NCBI GenBank assembly: GCA_964487925.1
Contig: CAZASZ010000003.1
Coordinates: 738 to 64,737, forward strand
Direction of reading: 5' to 3'
Origin: an uncultured Gammaproteobacteria bacterium
GTDB lineage: Bacteria; Pseudomonadota; Gammaproteobacteria; SZUA-140
DNA length: 64,000 nucleotides
The position numbers and the translations under genes are program-made. The stretch's first letter is position 1. Each line of letters opens with the position of its first letter. Positions 23,630 to 34,667 of the stretch are shown piece after piece. The notes beneath the pieces are model-generated. The model searched no databases. It was not told the origin of the DNA and saw nothing but the letters and a program-made list of their open reading frames with translations.

Positions 23630-24420
23630 GGGCACACAAATGGCATTTTCTTGTTTTCGGGATTCTGATCTACGTGGTCGCCCTGGTCGTAACCTTTCCG
23701 GCGAATCGCGCCTATGGATGGATCAGACCCACGCTCGGATCAAACATCCCGGTGCAGCTATATGGCGTCAATGGTACGGTCTGGTCGGGTACGGCAAGCC
23801 AAGCGCAGCTATTCGATTATGCAGTCAACGACCTGCATTGGAGACTCCACCCACTTGCCCTACTTCTCGGCAGTTTGGAAGTGGCCCTCGACGCGCCTTT
23901 GTCCGGGGGACGCGCCACCGGCACGCTGATTCGCCCTTTGACCGGACAGGGGCTCTCGATCGAGACACCGCATATTGATCTGCCTCTCGCCACATTGTTG
24001 GATGCCAACCGTTTTCCAACCCCCATCGCAGGACGCCTGACGGGCGATCTGACTCGGGTCGACATCACCGATAGTGGTGAGTTTCAAGTCGATACAGGCG
24101 ACCTTTTGATCCGGGATTTAACTGTGCAGGCACTGGGTCAGCTCGCACTCGGGGAATTCAAAGTCAGGATTGAGCACGATACCAAAGGCGCCCTACTGAT
24201 CAAGACAACGGATACCGGCGGCCCACTGAAATTGAACGCGACCGTGACATTTGCGAACAACGATCGCTATATGCTGATCGCGGAGCTCAGCGCACGGAAC
24301 AATCGCGACGCCGTATTGATGCAAACGCTGCGCATGCTGGGGGCCCCCGACCGCACAGGGACATACAGGATTCAGCGCCAGGGCTCGATCAAGCAGGACT
24401 TGGCCCTTTTGGGTGGTTAG
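23626..24420 (+). CDS. gspN: type II secretion protein N
   Basis: 264 aa, N-terminal TM, GspN-like; last gene of the operon, 4-nt overlap with gspM. Confidence 0.75.
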   Translation: MRAHKWHFLVFGILIYVVALVVTFPANRAYGWIRPTLGSNIPVQLYGVNGTVWSGTASQAQLFDYAVNDLHWRLHPLALLLGSLEVALDAPLSGGRATGTLIRPLTGQGLSIETPHIDLPLATLLDANRFPTPIAGRLTGDLTRVDITDSGEFQVDTGDLLIRDLTVQALGQLALGEFKVRIEHDTKGALLIKTTDTGGPLKLNATVTFANNDRYMLIAELSARNNRDAVLMQTLRMLGAPDRTGTYRIQRQGSIKQDLALLGG

Positions 24421-24457
24421 CCCTTTTCGACGGTTAGTTAGAACCTGCCTCAAAACG

Positions 24458-24508
24458 TAACGAGGCCTTCGACCCACCCCAAAAGAAGGATGAATCGAAG
24501 GCCTCGTT
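24458..24508. terminator. bidirectional stem-loop between convergent gspN and rho
   Basis: 14-bp perfect inverted repeat AACGAGGCCTTCGA ... TCGAAGGCCTCGTT (24458-24472 / 24495-24508). On the minus strand it is followed by ACGUUUUGAGG. Confidence 0.5.
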
Positions 24509-24529
24509 GCCGGCCGCTGACAGGAGTCG

Positions 24530-25786
24530 TCAGCGCTTCATGGACGCGAAGAATTCCGCATTGGTCTTGGTAGCCTTGATCTTGTCGAGCAGGAACTCCA
24601 TAGCCGCCAGCTCATCCATCGGATGCAACAACTTGCGCAGGATCCACATCTTCTGCAGCTCATCCGGCTTGGTCAGCAACTCTTCACGGCGTGTACCGGA
24701 CCGGTTTAGGTTAATGGCCGGATAGATGCGCTTTTCGGCAATTCGGCGATCAAGATGGATCTCGTTGTTGCCTGTGCCCTTGAACTCTTCATAGATAACG
24801 TCATCCATCCTCGATCCGGTCTCGACCAGGGCCGTCGCAATGATGGTCAGACTGCCACCCTCCTCGACATTGCGAGCCGCGCCGAAGAAGCGCTTCGGCC
24901 GCTGCAATGCATTGGCATCCACACCACCGGTTAGGACCTTGCCCGAGGAAGGGATCACGGTGTTGTAGGCACGCGCCAGACGCGTAATGGAATCAAGCAT
25001 GATGACAACGTCGCGCTTGTGCTCAACGAGGCGCTTGGCCTTTTCGATAACCATCTCGGCAACCTGCACGTGTCGGCTGGCCGGCTCGTCGAAGGTACTG
25101 GAGATGACTTCTCCGCGCACGGAGCGCTTCATCTCGGTCACCTCCTCGGGACGCTCGTCGATCAGCAGGACGATGACATAGCACTCAGGGCTCTGTTGCG
25201 TGATCGAATGGGCGATGTTCTGCAGCATCATGGTCTTACCGGCCTTGGGCGGGGAGACGATCATACCGCGCTGGCCCTTGCCGATCGGCGCCACGAGTTC
25301 GATGATGCGCGGCGTGATGTCCTCGGTGCTGCCGTTGCCGATTTCCATTGGCAGGCGCTTGTTGGCAAACAGGGGGGTCAGGTTTTCGAACAGGATCTTG
25401 TGCTTGGCGGCCTCGGGTGGCTCGTAATTGATCTGATTGACCTTCAGCAAGGCGAAATAGCGCTCGCCGTCCTTGGGTGGTCGAATTCGCCCCCCCACGG
25501 TATCCCCGGTTCTGAGGCTGAATCGCCGGATCTGACTGGGCGAGACATAGATGTCGTCCGGTCCGGCAAGATAGGAACTGTCCGCCGACCGCAGAAACCC
25601 GAAGCCATCCTGGAGTATCTCCAGTACGCCCTCGCTCTCGATCTCCTCGCCCTTCTTCGCCTGGGCCTTGAGGATCGCAAAGATGATGTCCTGACGCCTT
25701 GAACGCGCCAAACCATCGATGCCCATTTGCTCGCTCAGTTGCAGGAGTTCAGCTGCGGATTTTGCTTTTAAGTCATTGAGATTCAT
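24530..25786 (-). CDS. rho: transcription termination factor Rho
   Basis: [24 protein letters not shown]-terminus; RNA-binding OB domain; Walker [11 protein letters not shown]; 418 aa. Confidence 0.98.
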   Translation of the reverse strand: MNLNDLKAKSAAELLQLSEQMGIDGLARSRRQDIIFAILKAQAKKGEEIESEGVLEILQDGFGFLRSADSSYLAGPDDIYVSPSQIRRFSLRTGDTVGGRIRPPKDGERYFALLKVNQINYEPPEAAKHKILFENLTPLFANKRLPMEIGNGSTEDITPRIIELVAPIGKGQRGMIVSPPKAGKTMMLQNIAHSITQQSPECYVIVLLIDERPEEVTEMKRSVRGEVISSTFDEPASRHVQVAEMVIEKAKRLVEHKRDVVIMLDSITRLARAYNTVIPSSGKVLTGGVDANALQRPKRFFGAARNVEEGGSLTIIATALVETGSRMDDVIYEEFKGTGNNEIHLDRRIAEKRIYPAINLNRSGTRREELLTKPDELQKMWILRKLLHPMDELAAMEFLLDKIKATKTNAEFFASMKR

Positions 25787-26238
25787 GATTCAGTATCTTG
25801 TTATTAGCATGTAGAGAAGAAGGGCATGCGAATGCACGACCGGTTGGGCAAAACTTGCGGTTTTGGAATGCTTATTGGATTAAGGGATTTAAAGAATTAT
25901 TCGGGACAACCAGTCTTAGCCGGGTTTATTGTCCCCCTGGGGTTTGATAATCAACCCTCGCGATGTGCCGCACAGCATAACACCATGTAGCGATCAAATC
26001 CACATGAACTTGAGTGCTCATCTGCATCTTGCCAGCCAGACACCATAAAACCAAATAGGGCGCCAACCGCAACGCGATCGCACCCGAAGGTAAGATTTTT
26101 ACAAATCAATATTAACAGGCTGTTAAGGTAACCAAATAGGCTCAGCCTGGGGAACCCCGGACAGAATTGGTCAGCAATCAAGTCCGGTGATGTGGACGAA
26201 CCCCATCACCGGATCATAACGAAGAGCAACGTCTCCTA

Positions 26239-26565
26239 TCAGATGTTGCTATCGATGAAGGCGGCAAGCTGTGATTTGGAGACCGCGCCGACCTTGGTCG
26301 CCTCGACGTTCCCACCCTTGAAGAGCATCAGGGTCGGGATACCACGAATCCCATACTTGGGCGGCGTGGCCTGATTCTCGTCAATGTTGAGCTTGGCGAC
26401 GATAATCTTACCCTCATACTCACTGGCGATGTCCTCGAGGATCGGGGCAATCATCTTGCAAGGGCCGCACCATTCCGCCCAGAAATCCACCAATACAGGG
26501 GTATCTGAACCCAGGACCTTGTCATCAAATTCGGCATCCGTTACGTAAATAATCTGCTCACTCAC
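26239..26565 (-). CDS. trxA: thioredoxin 1
   Basis: 108 aa; WCGPCK active site; [20 protein letters not shown]. Confidence 0.97.
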   Translation of the reverse strand: MSEQIIYVTDAEFDDKVLGSDTPVLVDFWAEWCGPCKMIAPILEDIASEYEGKIIVAKLNIDENQATPPKYGIRGIPTLMLFKGGNVEATKVGAVSKSQLAAFIDSNI

Positions 26566-26738
26566 TGTTGGGGTACTCCGTTGTTCTCGAACTCTGTGGG
26601 GCTTGACGTCCAGGCACGTCCGGGACTCAGGTCGCCATTATTAACCAATCAAGCCGGCTATTCAAATCTCCTTTGTCGCAACTCGCGATAAAAGCTTGCT
26701 ATCCAATCTGCGGCGTATATCTGCTATTCTTAATCGTT

Positions 26739-28046
26739 ATGAGCAAAAGTCATCTGACCCAAACCACGTTCGCCAGTCTTCAGCTTCCGGAAACATTACG
26801 CCAAGGAATCGAACAGGCTGGATTTTCCTACTGCACCCCGATCCAGGCCGAGGCCCTCCCGATCACGCTAGCCGGGCACGACATGCTTGGCCAGGCTCAA
26901 ACCGGCACCGGCAAGACAGCCGCCTTTCTGGTATCTGCTATCAACCGCTTGCTGGCGACACCGCGCACCAACCAACCGCGTTGCCTGATACTGGCCCCGA
27001 CCCGCGAGCTGGCGGTACAGATCCATAGTGACGCTCTACCGCTGTGTCAGTTCACCGATCTTAAGGTCGGCGTGGTCTTTGGCGGTACAGGTTACGACAC
27101 CCAAAAGAATATGCTTGAGGCCGGAGTCGATCTTCTGGTCGCGACACCGGGACGCGTCATCGATTTCTATAAGCAACACCTGTTCAACCTTAAGCATATC
27201 GAGGTCATGGTCCTTGACGAGGCCGACCGTATGTTCGATCTCGGTTTTATCAAGGATATCCGCTATCTATTGCGCCAAATGCCGCCGCCGCAAAAGCGAC
27301 TGAATATGCTGTTCTCGGCAACCATGCCTTGCCGCGTCACCGAGCTCGCCTACGAACACATGAATAACCCGAAGATGGTCAAGATCGCCGCCGAGCTCAT
27401 GACGGCAGATAAGGTCGAGCAATACGTCTATTACACGTCCAACGAGGAAAAGATCCCATTGCTACTCGGGATCCTCAAATCCGGTGATATGACCCGAACA
27501 CTGGTCTTCGCCAATACCCGGCATGCGACCAATCGGATCGCGGAATACCTGCTCGGCAATGGATTTGAGACGGCCATCCTCTCCGGAGAGGTGCCCCAGA
27601 AAACCCGAATGGCGCTGTTAAAGCGCTTTCAAGCTGGTGAACTTCCCATACTCGTGGCAACGGATGTGGCGGCGCGGGGCCTGCATATCAAAAGCATCAG
27701 TCATGTCATCAATTTCGACCTGCCGCAGGATGCTGAAGATTATGTTCATCGCATCGGACGCACTGCCCGGGCCGGCGCCACGGGTGAGGCCTACAGCTTC
27801 GCCTGCGAGCAATATGCCTTCTCGCTGCCGGAGATCGAAGCCTATGTCGGAAACAAGATCACTGTAAGGCCCGTCGATCCAGCCCTGCTGGTCAAGCCCC
27901 AGCCAAGAAAACGACTCAAAACGGAGTCATCGGACAAGCCCGGCAGGCACTCAAGGAAGGGCAACGGTGCTCAGGCTACCTCGCAGCGCCGCAAAAGACA
28001 GCACCGTAGCCCAAAGCCCGCGACCAGCAATACCAATACCCCTTAA
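26739..28046 (+). CDS. rhlB: ATP-dependent DEAD-box RNA helicase RhlB
   Basis: Q motif (FASLQLPETLRQGIEQAGFSYCTPIQ), AQTGTGKT, DEAD (VLDEADRMFDLGF), SAT and HRIGRTARAG motifs; basic RhlB-like C-terminal tail. Divergent from trxA as in E. coli. Start taken at MSKSHLTQ. Confidence 0.9.
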   Translation: MSKSHLTQTTFASLQLPETLRQGIEQAGFSYCTPIQAEALPITLAGHDMLGQAQTGTGKTAAFLVSAINRLLATPRTNQPRCLILAPTRELAVQIHSDALPLCQFTDLKVGVVFGGTGYDTQKNMLEAGVDLLVATPGRVIDFYKQHLFNLKHIEVMVLDEADRMFDLGFIKDIRYLLRQMPPPQKRLNMLFSATMPCRVTELAYEHMNNPKMVKIAAELMTADKVEQYVYYTSNEEKIPLLLGILKSGDMTRTLVFANTRHATNRIAEYLLGNGFETAILSGEVPQKTRMALLKRFQAGELPILVATDVAARGLHIKSISHVINFDLPQDAEDYVHRIGRTARAGATGEAYSFACEQYAFSLPEIEAYVGNKITVRPVDPALLVKPQPRKRLKTESSDKPGRHSRKGNGAQATSQRRKRQHRSPKPATSNTNTP

Positions 28047-28075
28047 GACTTCGAATAACCAAGGGTTACAACCGT

Positions 28076-29359
28076 CTATTGGGCGGACAAACGCCCCTGC
28101 GTGGCTGTGGACGGCAACACGATCGTCGGTGTCAGTGACGCGATGGCCGTGGCATCCTTACCGCTAGATAGCTCGTCGTCCTCCCCAAGCAGACGGATGC
28201 CCTGGCGATAATAGCCTAGGGCCGCCTCAGTCTCGCCAAGCTGCTCTAGTAGATCGCCTAGGATCCGACAGGTCTCCGCATAAGGATGTAGGGCAATACT
28301 CTCCTCTAGGTACTGACACGCCCGTTTCCATTGTTCGTTTTGGATGCATAAACGACCCAGGGTCAACATCAATACGGGACTATGCGGATGGCCCTTGAGC
28401 CAAGACTCGGCGCGGTGCAACTGCCGGATGGCATCGGCGCTCTCGAGATGCCCGTAGATATACACCAGCTTGTCGTTCCAGCTGCTCTTGGTCAGCGTGT
28501 AGATAGCGGATTCCGCAGCGTCCCCGTATCCTAGTTTCATGAGCTGCCGAACATAGTTTTCGACCACTTCCGGACGGCTGCGCAAAGTCTTGGGCGCCCG
28601 CTTCCAGGCCTCAATCATGGTATTGCCGTCTTGGCTCTCGACACTCTGACTAAAAATCCCCGCGTAGGCTTTGTCTTCCAAGCGCGCCTTTTCTTCTAAG
28701 GTCACGAGACCCAGTGAGCGCAGATCGGGAATCAACTTGGCGAGTTTGTCCCAGCGACCCAGTTCGGTATAAACCTTTCGTGCGAGGCAGGCCACTCCCT
28801 TGTCCTTGGGCGCACGACCGCGCAGCCAACGTAGCATCTCCTCTGCAATCTCTCCATTTCCCTGCTCCAAATAGGCCTCGACCTCGGCGATGCCCACAGC
28901 CACGTCTCCGTTCCGCATAGCATTTTTCGCCTTCTGCAGATAACCAGAACAACGGGCGTTCTCCCCCTGCTTCAACGCTGCGCGCGCAGCGAATAGATAG
29001 CTTAGGTAGGGCAAGGAATTATTCTTCGCCGAATTGACGAAGGCGGCCTCGGCGTCCCTCCATTGACAAGAGGCGAGATTGGCATAGCCCTGAGCCAATC
29101 GTTTCATGGATGAGCGCTCTCGGCGCAAACGCCGCCAACGCTGATACCTACTCGGCGCATCCCTCGATACGCTGAGCAGTCTGACCAGGTAATAAAGCGC
29201 CGCAAAAGCCGCGATGCCGGCCACCAAGAAGACTACAAAGCTCGACTCAATGGTCCAGTCGCGTACCGTAATCATGACGTAGCCGGGATCTTCCCGAATC
29301 ACCATGGCCAAGGCCACGGCGATCAGCAGTACGATCAACCCGGTAAACAGCGCCTTCAC
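28076..29359 (-). CDS. hemY: HemY-like heme-biosynthesis-associated TPR membrane protein
   Basis: Two N-terminal TM helices plus TPR repeats; sits downstream of hemX with a 4-nt overlap. Confidence 0.85.
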   Translation of the reverse strand: MKALFTGLIVLLIAVALAMVIREDPGYVMITVRDWTIESSFVVFLVAGIAAFAALYYLVRLLSVSRDAPSRYQRWRRLRRERSSMKRLAQGYANLASCQWRDAEAAFVNSAKNNSLPYLSYLFAARAALKQGENARCSGYLQKAKNAMRNGDVAVGIAEVEAYLEQGNGEIAEEMLRWLRGRAPKDKGVACLARKVYTELGRWDKLAKLIPDLRSLGLVTLEEKARLEDKAYAGIFSQSVESQDGNTMIEAWKRAPKTLRSRPEVVENYVRQLMKLGYGDAAESAIYTLTKSSWNDKLVYIYGHLESADAIRQLHRAESWLKGHPHSPVLMLTLGRLCIQNEQWKRACQYLEESIALHPYAETCRILGDLLEQLGETEAALGYYRQGIRLLGEDDELSSGKDATAIASLTPTIVLPSTATQGRLSAQ

Positions 29360-30714
29360 GACGGCATCCTCGAATCAGCAGTCGGCGCACTCAGGGCCAC
29401 GCCCTGGCTGCCCAATACCTTCAGAAGACTGGTCAGGGAATCCGAAATATCGGGAAGCGCCGGATTGATGTTGACCTGATCAAGCCGATCCAGCGTCAAC
29501 ATAGGGGCCGCGGACTCTCCCGCAGCATAACGCTTCAGCCAGTCTCTGACCGCACCGAGGCTAGCATGAAAGTTTGCATCATCCCCACGCATGAGCGCGA
29601 GACGTGCGGTTTCCAGTTTGAGCCGGGAGTTCTCGACAAGATAGAACTGCTGCTCCGGAGAACGCAGCGGAGTGTCCTCGGCGTTGCGGCGGCGAATAGT
29701 TACAAGACCCTTGACCTTCGACCACATGTCGGAGAAAAAGCCTTTAACCGATTCGACCGCACCATGGGTCTCCAGCTTGTCAACACCAGGAGCGGCCTTC
29801 AATCCAGGCTGAGGCAATGGCAAACCGTCGAGCTGATGTTGCATATCGATCAGGTCAACCGACAGAGCAGCCAGATCGGGTACTTGCACGGCCCCCAGAC
29901 GGTCGATGCCCTGTACAATCAGGGCAATGGTGTCGGCGACGCCATCAGCCTTACTCTGTTTGAGTCGATTACCGGCCGCCTCCAAAGCCATCTTGGCAGT
30001 CCGAACATCGCGATCAAAATGGAGGCTATCGTTGGCAATGCGCAACAAGTGTGCGGCATCACGAAGTAGGGTTAGGTCGGTACCATTGGCGAGCTGCTTC
30101 TGAACTGTGTCCAGCTGTTCAGAGAGCGCCTTCAGCGCGGTCGCATTTCCATCAAGACGCGCGGTGAGCGCTGCCTTTTCAGCGTTAAGATCGGAACGGC
30201 TGGCCATGGATTGGAACGAACCGGTCATCTCCTGAATCGAAGCCTGTAGGGCATCGACTCGGCCTTGAAGCGCGCTTGTGTCCCCGTTGTTCGGCATCGC
30301 GCTAGCAGCAGCGACTGCACGTCTCAGCTCGCTAATCGCGGCATCAACAGGCTGAAGACTCTGATCAATTTGACCACGGAGGCCCGATCTGAGCTGACTT
30401 AAGGTCGATTCAAGGCGATTGAAGCGGGCATCTTGAGCAGAACCAGCATCCGCAGACTTCTCAAGGGAGACAATGCGCTTGTCGACGCCACGCATCGCCT
30501 CATCGCTCTCCTGCCAGAAAAGATAGCCCCCTACGCCGACTCCCACGGCCACTAGCAGGGCCAGAAAGGCCAGAAAACCACCGCCGCCACCGGTCCCCTT
30601 CTGCTCGGCACGATCACCGGATTCCGAAACAGATTCACTAACTCCCGAACTCTGTTCCGTGGCGTTGCCCTCATCCTCAGGCGCTGTATCTTTAGATTGC
30701 TGGCTTTCAGTCAC
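29356..30714 (-). CDS. hemX: HemX-like putative uroporphyrinogen-III C-methyltransferase / membrane protein
   Basis: Acidic N-terminus, one TM (GFLAFLALLVAVGVGVGGYLFW), then a long coiled-coil; position between hemD and hemY. Probable GTG start at 30712-30714 (reading VTESQQS.., RBS AGGGTGGGGGG); the ORF track extends to a TTG at 30744. Confidence 0.8.
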   Translation of the reverse strand: MTESQQSKDTAPEDEGNATEQSSGVSESVSESGDRAEQKGTGGGGGFLAFLALLVAVGVGVGGYLFWQESDEAMRGVDKRIVSLEKSADAGSAQDARFNRLESTLSQLRSGLRGQIDQSLQPVDAAISELRRAVAAASAMPNNGDTSALQGRVDALQASIQEMTGSFQSMASRSDLNAEKAALTARLDGNATALKALSEQLDTVQKQLANGTDLTLLRDAAHLLRIANDSLHFDRDVRTAKMALEAAGNRLKQSKADGVADTIALIVQGIDRLGAVQVPDLAALSVDLIDMQHQLDGLPLPQPGLKAAPGVDKLETHGAVESVKGFFSDMWSKVKGLVTIRRRNAEDTPLRSPEQQFYLVENSRLKLETARLALMRGDDANFHASLGAVRDWLKRYAAGESAAPMLTLDRLDQVNINPALPDISDSLTSLLKVLGSQGVALSAPTADSRMPS

Positions 30715-31107
30715 GATGCCCCCCACCCTTGTGTTGTTAAGCAATTGAAACCGATATCCTTACATCGGAGATCCGACGGGACTTAAGGCATCCGTTCCGG
30801 TTCATAACCGGCGCGAACACAAGACCCATTGCGCGTTATGTATCAGCGTTGGAAACAATCCATGCCCGGAATCCATCTCCCGACTGCCATGTCCCTCCTG
30901 GCCAGCCGTGGTCTCCCTGCGGGTCTTCCTGATCGCGCAATATTTTTTCGTTATTATCTTGATTATCCTTATTAGGAAACCTCTGATCCAATCGCGAGCC
31001 GCCTCTTCGCGCGAAAAGGCGTACATCATGAGTCGCAAACTCGAACAAAACCTTAGCGATCACTCGCCATCCCGTCTTGAAGGTGCAACATTTCATGGCA
31101 ACCCGGC

Positions 31108-31923
31108 TCACCCAGGATGCATCAGAGGGCCCTTAGAATAACATCCTTTTAGGGTAAGAATGAAACCAAGGTCGGTCATTTCCGCGGCCACCATTACCGG
31201 TCCGCCGAAACCCAGATCTCGCGCCAACGTGACGATCCTGGGGCCAATGACAACCAAAGGCAGAGATAGTAACCAGGACAGGCAGGCGGCCTCGCGTCCG
31301 GCGCCGACAAGGTTCTCGAGCGCCTCTCCGCTCGTCGCCGTAACCACATCAACACTCCGATCCGCAGCGAGCAGACTCAGTCGTCGCGCGCAATCTGGGG
31401 GGCTCCTGCGTGCGTAGACCTCCAGATACCCAACCGTCGCGCCCTGGGCTCTCAGTCCTTCCGCCAGCAACGCCCGCCCACCAAGACCGCGAATGATCAG
31501 GATTTTCTGCCCCGCGAGTCCGGCAAGTTCCGGTGCGGCTAGCAAGGACTCACTGTCACTGACCGAACCGGGACAAAGATCCACCCTCACCCCCCGTTCA
31601 GCCAAACCAGCGGCCGTTGCCTGGCCGATGGCAACCACCCTGGGACGGGTCGGCCAGGAGCCGTAGTGCCCCATGATCGCGGAATAACCAAACCTGACGG
31701 CATTAGCGCTGATGAATACGAGCCAGCTGAAGTCATCCAGCGACGCCGGACCACCCCTAACCCAATCCGGCTCGATTGCGACGATCTCCAGCGATGGCAG
31801 GGCGATCGCCTGACCGCCCGCCTGCTCGATCAGGCGACATAGAGCTTCAGACTGTCCGGAGGGACGGGTCACGAGCACCCGGAGACCGGAGAGGTCCGCA
31901 GGCCCTTGCGTCACCTTGGTCAT
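31108..31923 (-). CDS. hemD: uroporphyrinogen-III synthase
   Basis: 271 aa. LRVLVTRPSGQSEALCRLIEQAGGQAIALP is the typical HemD N-terminus; follows hemC. Confidence 0.88.
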   Translation of the reverse strand: MTKVTQGPADLSGLRVLVTRPSGQSEALCRLIEQAGGQAIALPSLEIVAIEPDWVRGGPASLDDFSWLVFISANAVRFGYSAIMGHYGSWPTRPRVVAIGQATAAGLAERGVRVDLCPGSVSDSESLLAAPELAGLAGQKILIIRGLGGRALLAEGLRAQGATVGYLEVYARRSPPDCARRLSLLAADRSVDVVTATSGEALENLVGAGREAACLSWLLSLPLVVIGPRIVTLARDLGFGGPVMVAAEMTDLGFILTLKGCYSKGPLMHPG

Positions 31924-31943
31924 GGCGCCCGGTGACTGCCCGT

Positions 31944-32888
31944 TCAGACCCGGGCAGCATCTCCGTTTTCGTAAACTGCGGCCAGTATCTCGCGCCCCCC
32001 AGCATCAAGGATCTCATCGGCCAGGGATTCCCCCATGGCGACGCCATCGCCCCGGTCACCGGAGCGCGAGCCTTCGACAATCCGACTGCCGTCCACTTCT
32101 CCGACCAGCCCCCTGAGGCTGAGAGTGTCACTATCGAGCACGGCATGCCCTCCAATCGGTACCTGGCACCCACCCTGCAAACGTGCATTGAAAGCCCGTT
32201 CGGCGAGCACGCGACAACGGGTATCGGGATCATCAAGACAGGCAATAAGCTGATCGATCCGGGCATCTCCCATCCTCGACTCGATACCGATAGCGCCCTG
32301 CCCAATCGCCGGCAAACATACCTCCGTAGACAGCAACTCGCGAATATGTACATTTAGCCCAAGGCGGATCAGCCCCGCAGAGGCCAGGATAATGGCATCG
32401 AACTGGCCTTCTTCAAGACGCTTCAAACGCGTACCGACATTGCCACGCAGGCTGGCGATCTTGAGATCGGGGCGCGCGCGCAACAACTGCAATTGCCGAC
32501 GCAGGCTGGAGGTCCCAACGCGAGCCTCCTCGGGAAGATTCGCGAAGCAGTCAAATCGCTCAGAGACAAAGGCATCCCGAGGCTCTTCGCGTTCGAGGAT
32601 GGTCGACAGATGCAAACCGTCTGGCAACTCGACAGGAACGTCCTTCATAGAATGAACGGCAATATCCGCTCGGCCATCCAACAGCGCCTGCTCAAGTTCC
32701 TTGACGAACAGCCCCTTGCCACCAACCTTGGCAAGCGGCGTGTCGAGTATTTTGTCGCCCTGCGTGACCATTCGAACCAGCTCGACCTCAAGTCCCTCAT
32801 GTTGCGCCATCAAGAGCGCACGTACATGCTCGGCCTGCCACAGGGCAAGGGGACTCTGTCTGGTAGCGATGCGAATGATGTCTGACAT
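31944..32888 (-). CDS. hemC: porphobilinogen deaminase (hydroxymethylbilane synthase)
   Basis: [22 protein letters not shown] aligns with E. coli HemC; dipyrromethane cofactor Cys in ...[14 protein letters not shown]. Confidence 0.96.
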   Translation of the reverse strand: MSDIIRIATRQSPLALWQAEHVRALLMAQHEGLEVELVRMVTQGDKILDTPLAKVGGKGLFVKELEQALLDGRADIAVHSMKDVPVELPDGLHLSTILEREEPRDAFVSERFDCFANLPEEARVGTSSLRRQLQLLRARPDLKIASLRGNVGTRLKRLEEGQFDAIILASAGLIRLGLNVHIRELLSTEVCLPAIGQGAIGIESRMGDARIDQLIACLDDPDTRCRVLAERAFNARLQGGCQVPIGGHAVLDSDTLSLRGLVGEVDGSRIVEGSRSGDRGDGVAMGESLADEILDAGGREILAAVYENGDAARV

Positions 32889-33025
32889 GACGAACACAAC
32901 CTTGGCTGAAATTGGAAACCGCGGAGTTTAACATGCCCACGGTGCGATCAGGGAATTCGGCCCTGGGAGTCTTTCGGAACAGGGTGATATACTGCCGCCC
33001 TCCACCCAATTCAGGATTTTCGAGC

Positions 33026-34450
33026 ATGTCAGAGGAACCATCGACCACCGCCAAACCCTGGGGCGGGCGCTTTACGGAAGCGACCGACAGCTTTGTCGAC
33101 GCCTTCGGCGCGTCCGTCGGATTTGACCGGCGGCTTTATCGTCACGATATCGCGGGCTCAATCGCCCACGCCCGTATGCTCGCTCGAGTCGGCGTACTGA
33201 CCGAGGAGGAGTGCGAGGCCATCTGCACCGGACTTGATGAGATCCGCTCGGAAATAGATCGCGGCGACTTCAATTGGCTGGTCAGCCTTGAAGACGTACA
33301 TATGAATATTGAGGCCCGGTTGACTCAGCGCATCGGTGACGCTGGCAAAAAGCTCCATACCGGACGCTCCCGGAATGATCAGGTCGCGACCGACCTGCGC
33401 CTCTATCTGAGAGACGAATGCGATGCGATCGTTGAACAGCTGATTCGCCTTCAGGAGGTCATCATCGATCTGGCTGAGACCGAGGCCGGAACGATCATGC
33501 CGGGTTTCACGCATCTTCAGACCGCGCAACCGATCACTTTCGGTCATCACATGCTAGCCTGGAATGCCATGTTGCAACGGGATCGTGAACGTATCTCCGA
33601 CTGCCGCAAGCGTATCAATATCATGCCGCTGGGGTCAGCAGCCCTAGCCGGAACGAGCTACCCGATTGACCGTGCCTACACGGCAGAGCTGCTTGGGTTT
33701 TCAGGCATCAGCGAGAATTCTCTGGACGCCGTCAGCGATCGTGACTTCGTCGTTGAATTTATCGCGGCCGGGGCATTGATCATGACTCACCTATCGCGAT
33801 ATTCCGAGGAACTGATCCTCTGGTCCACGGCGCAATTCGATTTCATCGAGCTATCAGACGGTTTTTGTACGGGCTCATCCATCATGCCGCAGAAAAAGAA
33901 TCCGGATGTCCCTGAACTGATCCGAGGAAAGACGGGCCGGGTCAACGGGGATCTAATCTGCATGCTGACCTTGCTAAAGGGCCAGCCATTGGCCTACAAC
34001 AAGGACAACCAGGAGGATAAGGAACCACTGTTCGATACCATCGACACGCTACGGGGCAGCCTGCATGTCTTCGCCGAGATGCTGCCCGCTATGGAGATCC
34101 GCCGGGAGAATATGAAGAAGGCCGCGAACGAGGGTTTTTCGACCGCGACCGATCTTGCCGACTACCTCGTGCGCCGCGGCATCCCGTTCCGCGACGCCCA
34201 CGAGATCGTCGGCAAAACCGTGCGCTACTGCATTGATCATGGCAAAGGCCTTTCCGACCTCAGCATCGACGAACTGCAAGCGCTCAACCCACAGATTGAA
34301 GACGACGTATTCGCGATCCTGACTCTGGAAGGATCCGTGGCGGCGCGTGATCACCTCGGTGGCACCGCACCAAGACAGGTTCGCCTGGCCGCCAAACGGG
34401 CTCGCCAATCGCTTCATAAGGAAAACTTAAGCAAGCCACATACCGAGTAG
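33026..34450 (+). CDS. argH: argininosuccinate lyase
   Basis: [13 protein letters not shown]-terminus; fumarate lyase signature [12 protein letters not shown]. Start placed at MSEEPSTT. Confidence 0.96.
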   Translation: MSEEPSTTAKPWGGRFTEATDSFVDAFGASVGFDRRLYRHDIAGSIAHARMLARVGVLTEEECEAICTGLDEIRSEIDRGDFNWLVSLEDVHMNIEARLTQRIGDAGKKLHTGRSRNDQVATDLRLYLRDECDAIVEQLIRLQEVIIDLAETEAGTIMPGFTHLQTAQPITFGHHMLAWNAMLQRDRERISDCRKRINIMPLGSAALAGTSYPIDRAYTAELLGFSGISENSLDAVSDRDFVVEFIAAGALIMTHLSRYSEELILWSTAQFDFIELSDGFCTGSSIMPQKKNPDVPELIRGKTGRVNGDLICMLTLLKGQPLAYNKDNQEDKEPLFDTIDTLRGSLHVFAEMLPAMEIRRENMKKAANEGFSTATDLADYLVRRGIPFRDAHEIVGKTVRYCIDHGKGLSDLSIDELQALNPQIEDDVFAILTLEGSVAARDHLGGTAPRQVRLAAKRARQSLHKENLSKPHTE

Positions 34451-34667
34451 TTCTCTGCCGCCGTACAGCCCGTTCCCGACTTGATCGGGCCTGCGACACC
34501 CCGAATCTGCGAACTCGTTCACCAAACGACGCTCACTCCGCAACCTAATCTGTGCTCTCCATCGCGGAATCATCTCGCTATGGAAGGCTCCATCTTTTCA
34601 CGGTCAGGCCGTTATTAATGCTGATGACACCGGCAAAACTAATTCAGCATCGGCAGCTCTGTTTAGC

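Noticed and set aside
30802-31038. 78-aa minus-strand ORF in the hemD-hemX spacer
   Set aside because: Basic and Arg/Ile-rich, and spans the AT-rich island. No RBS or homology. Treated as non-coding spacer.
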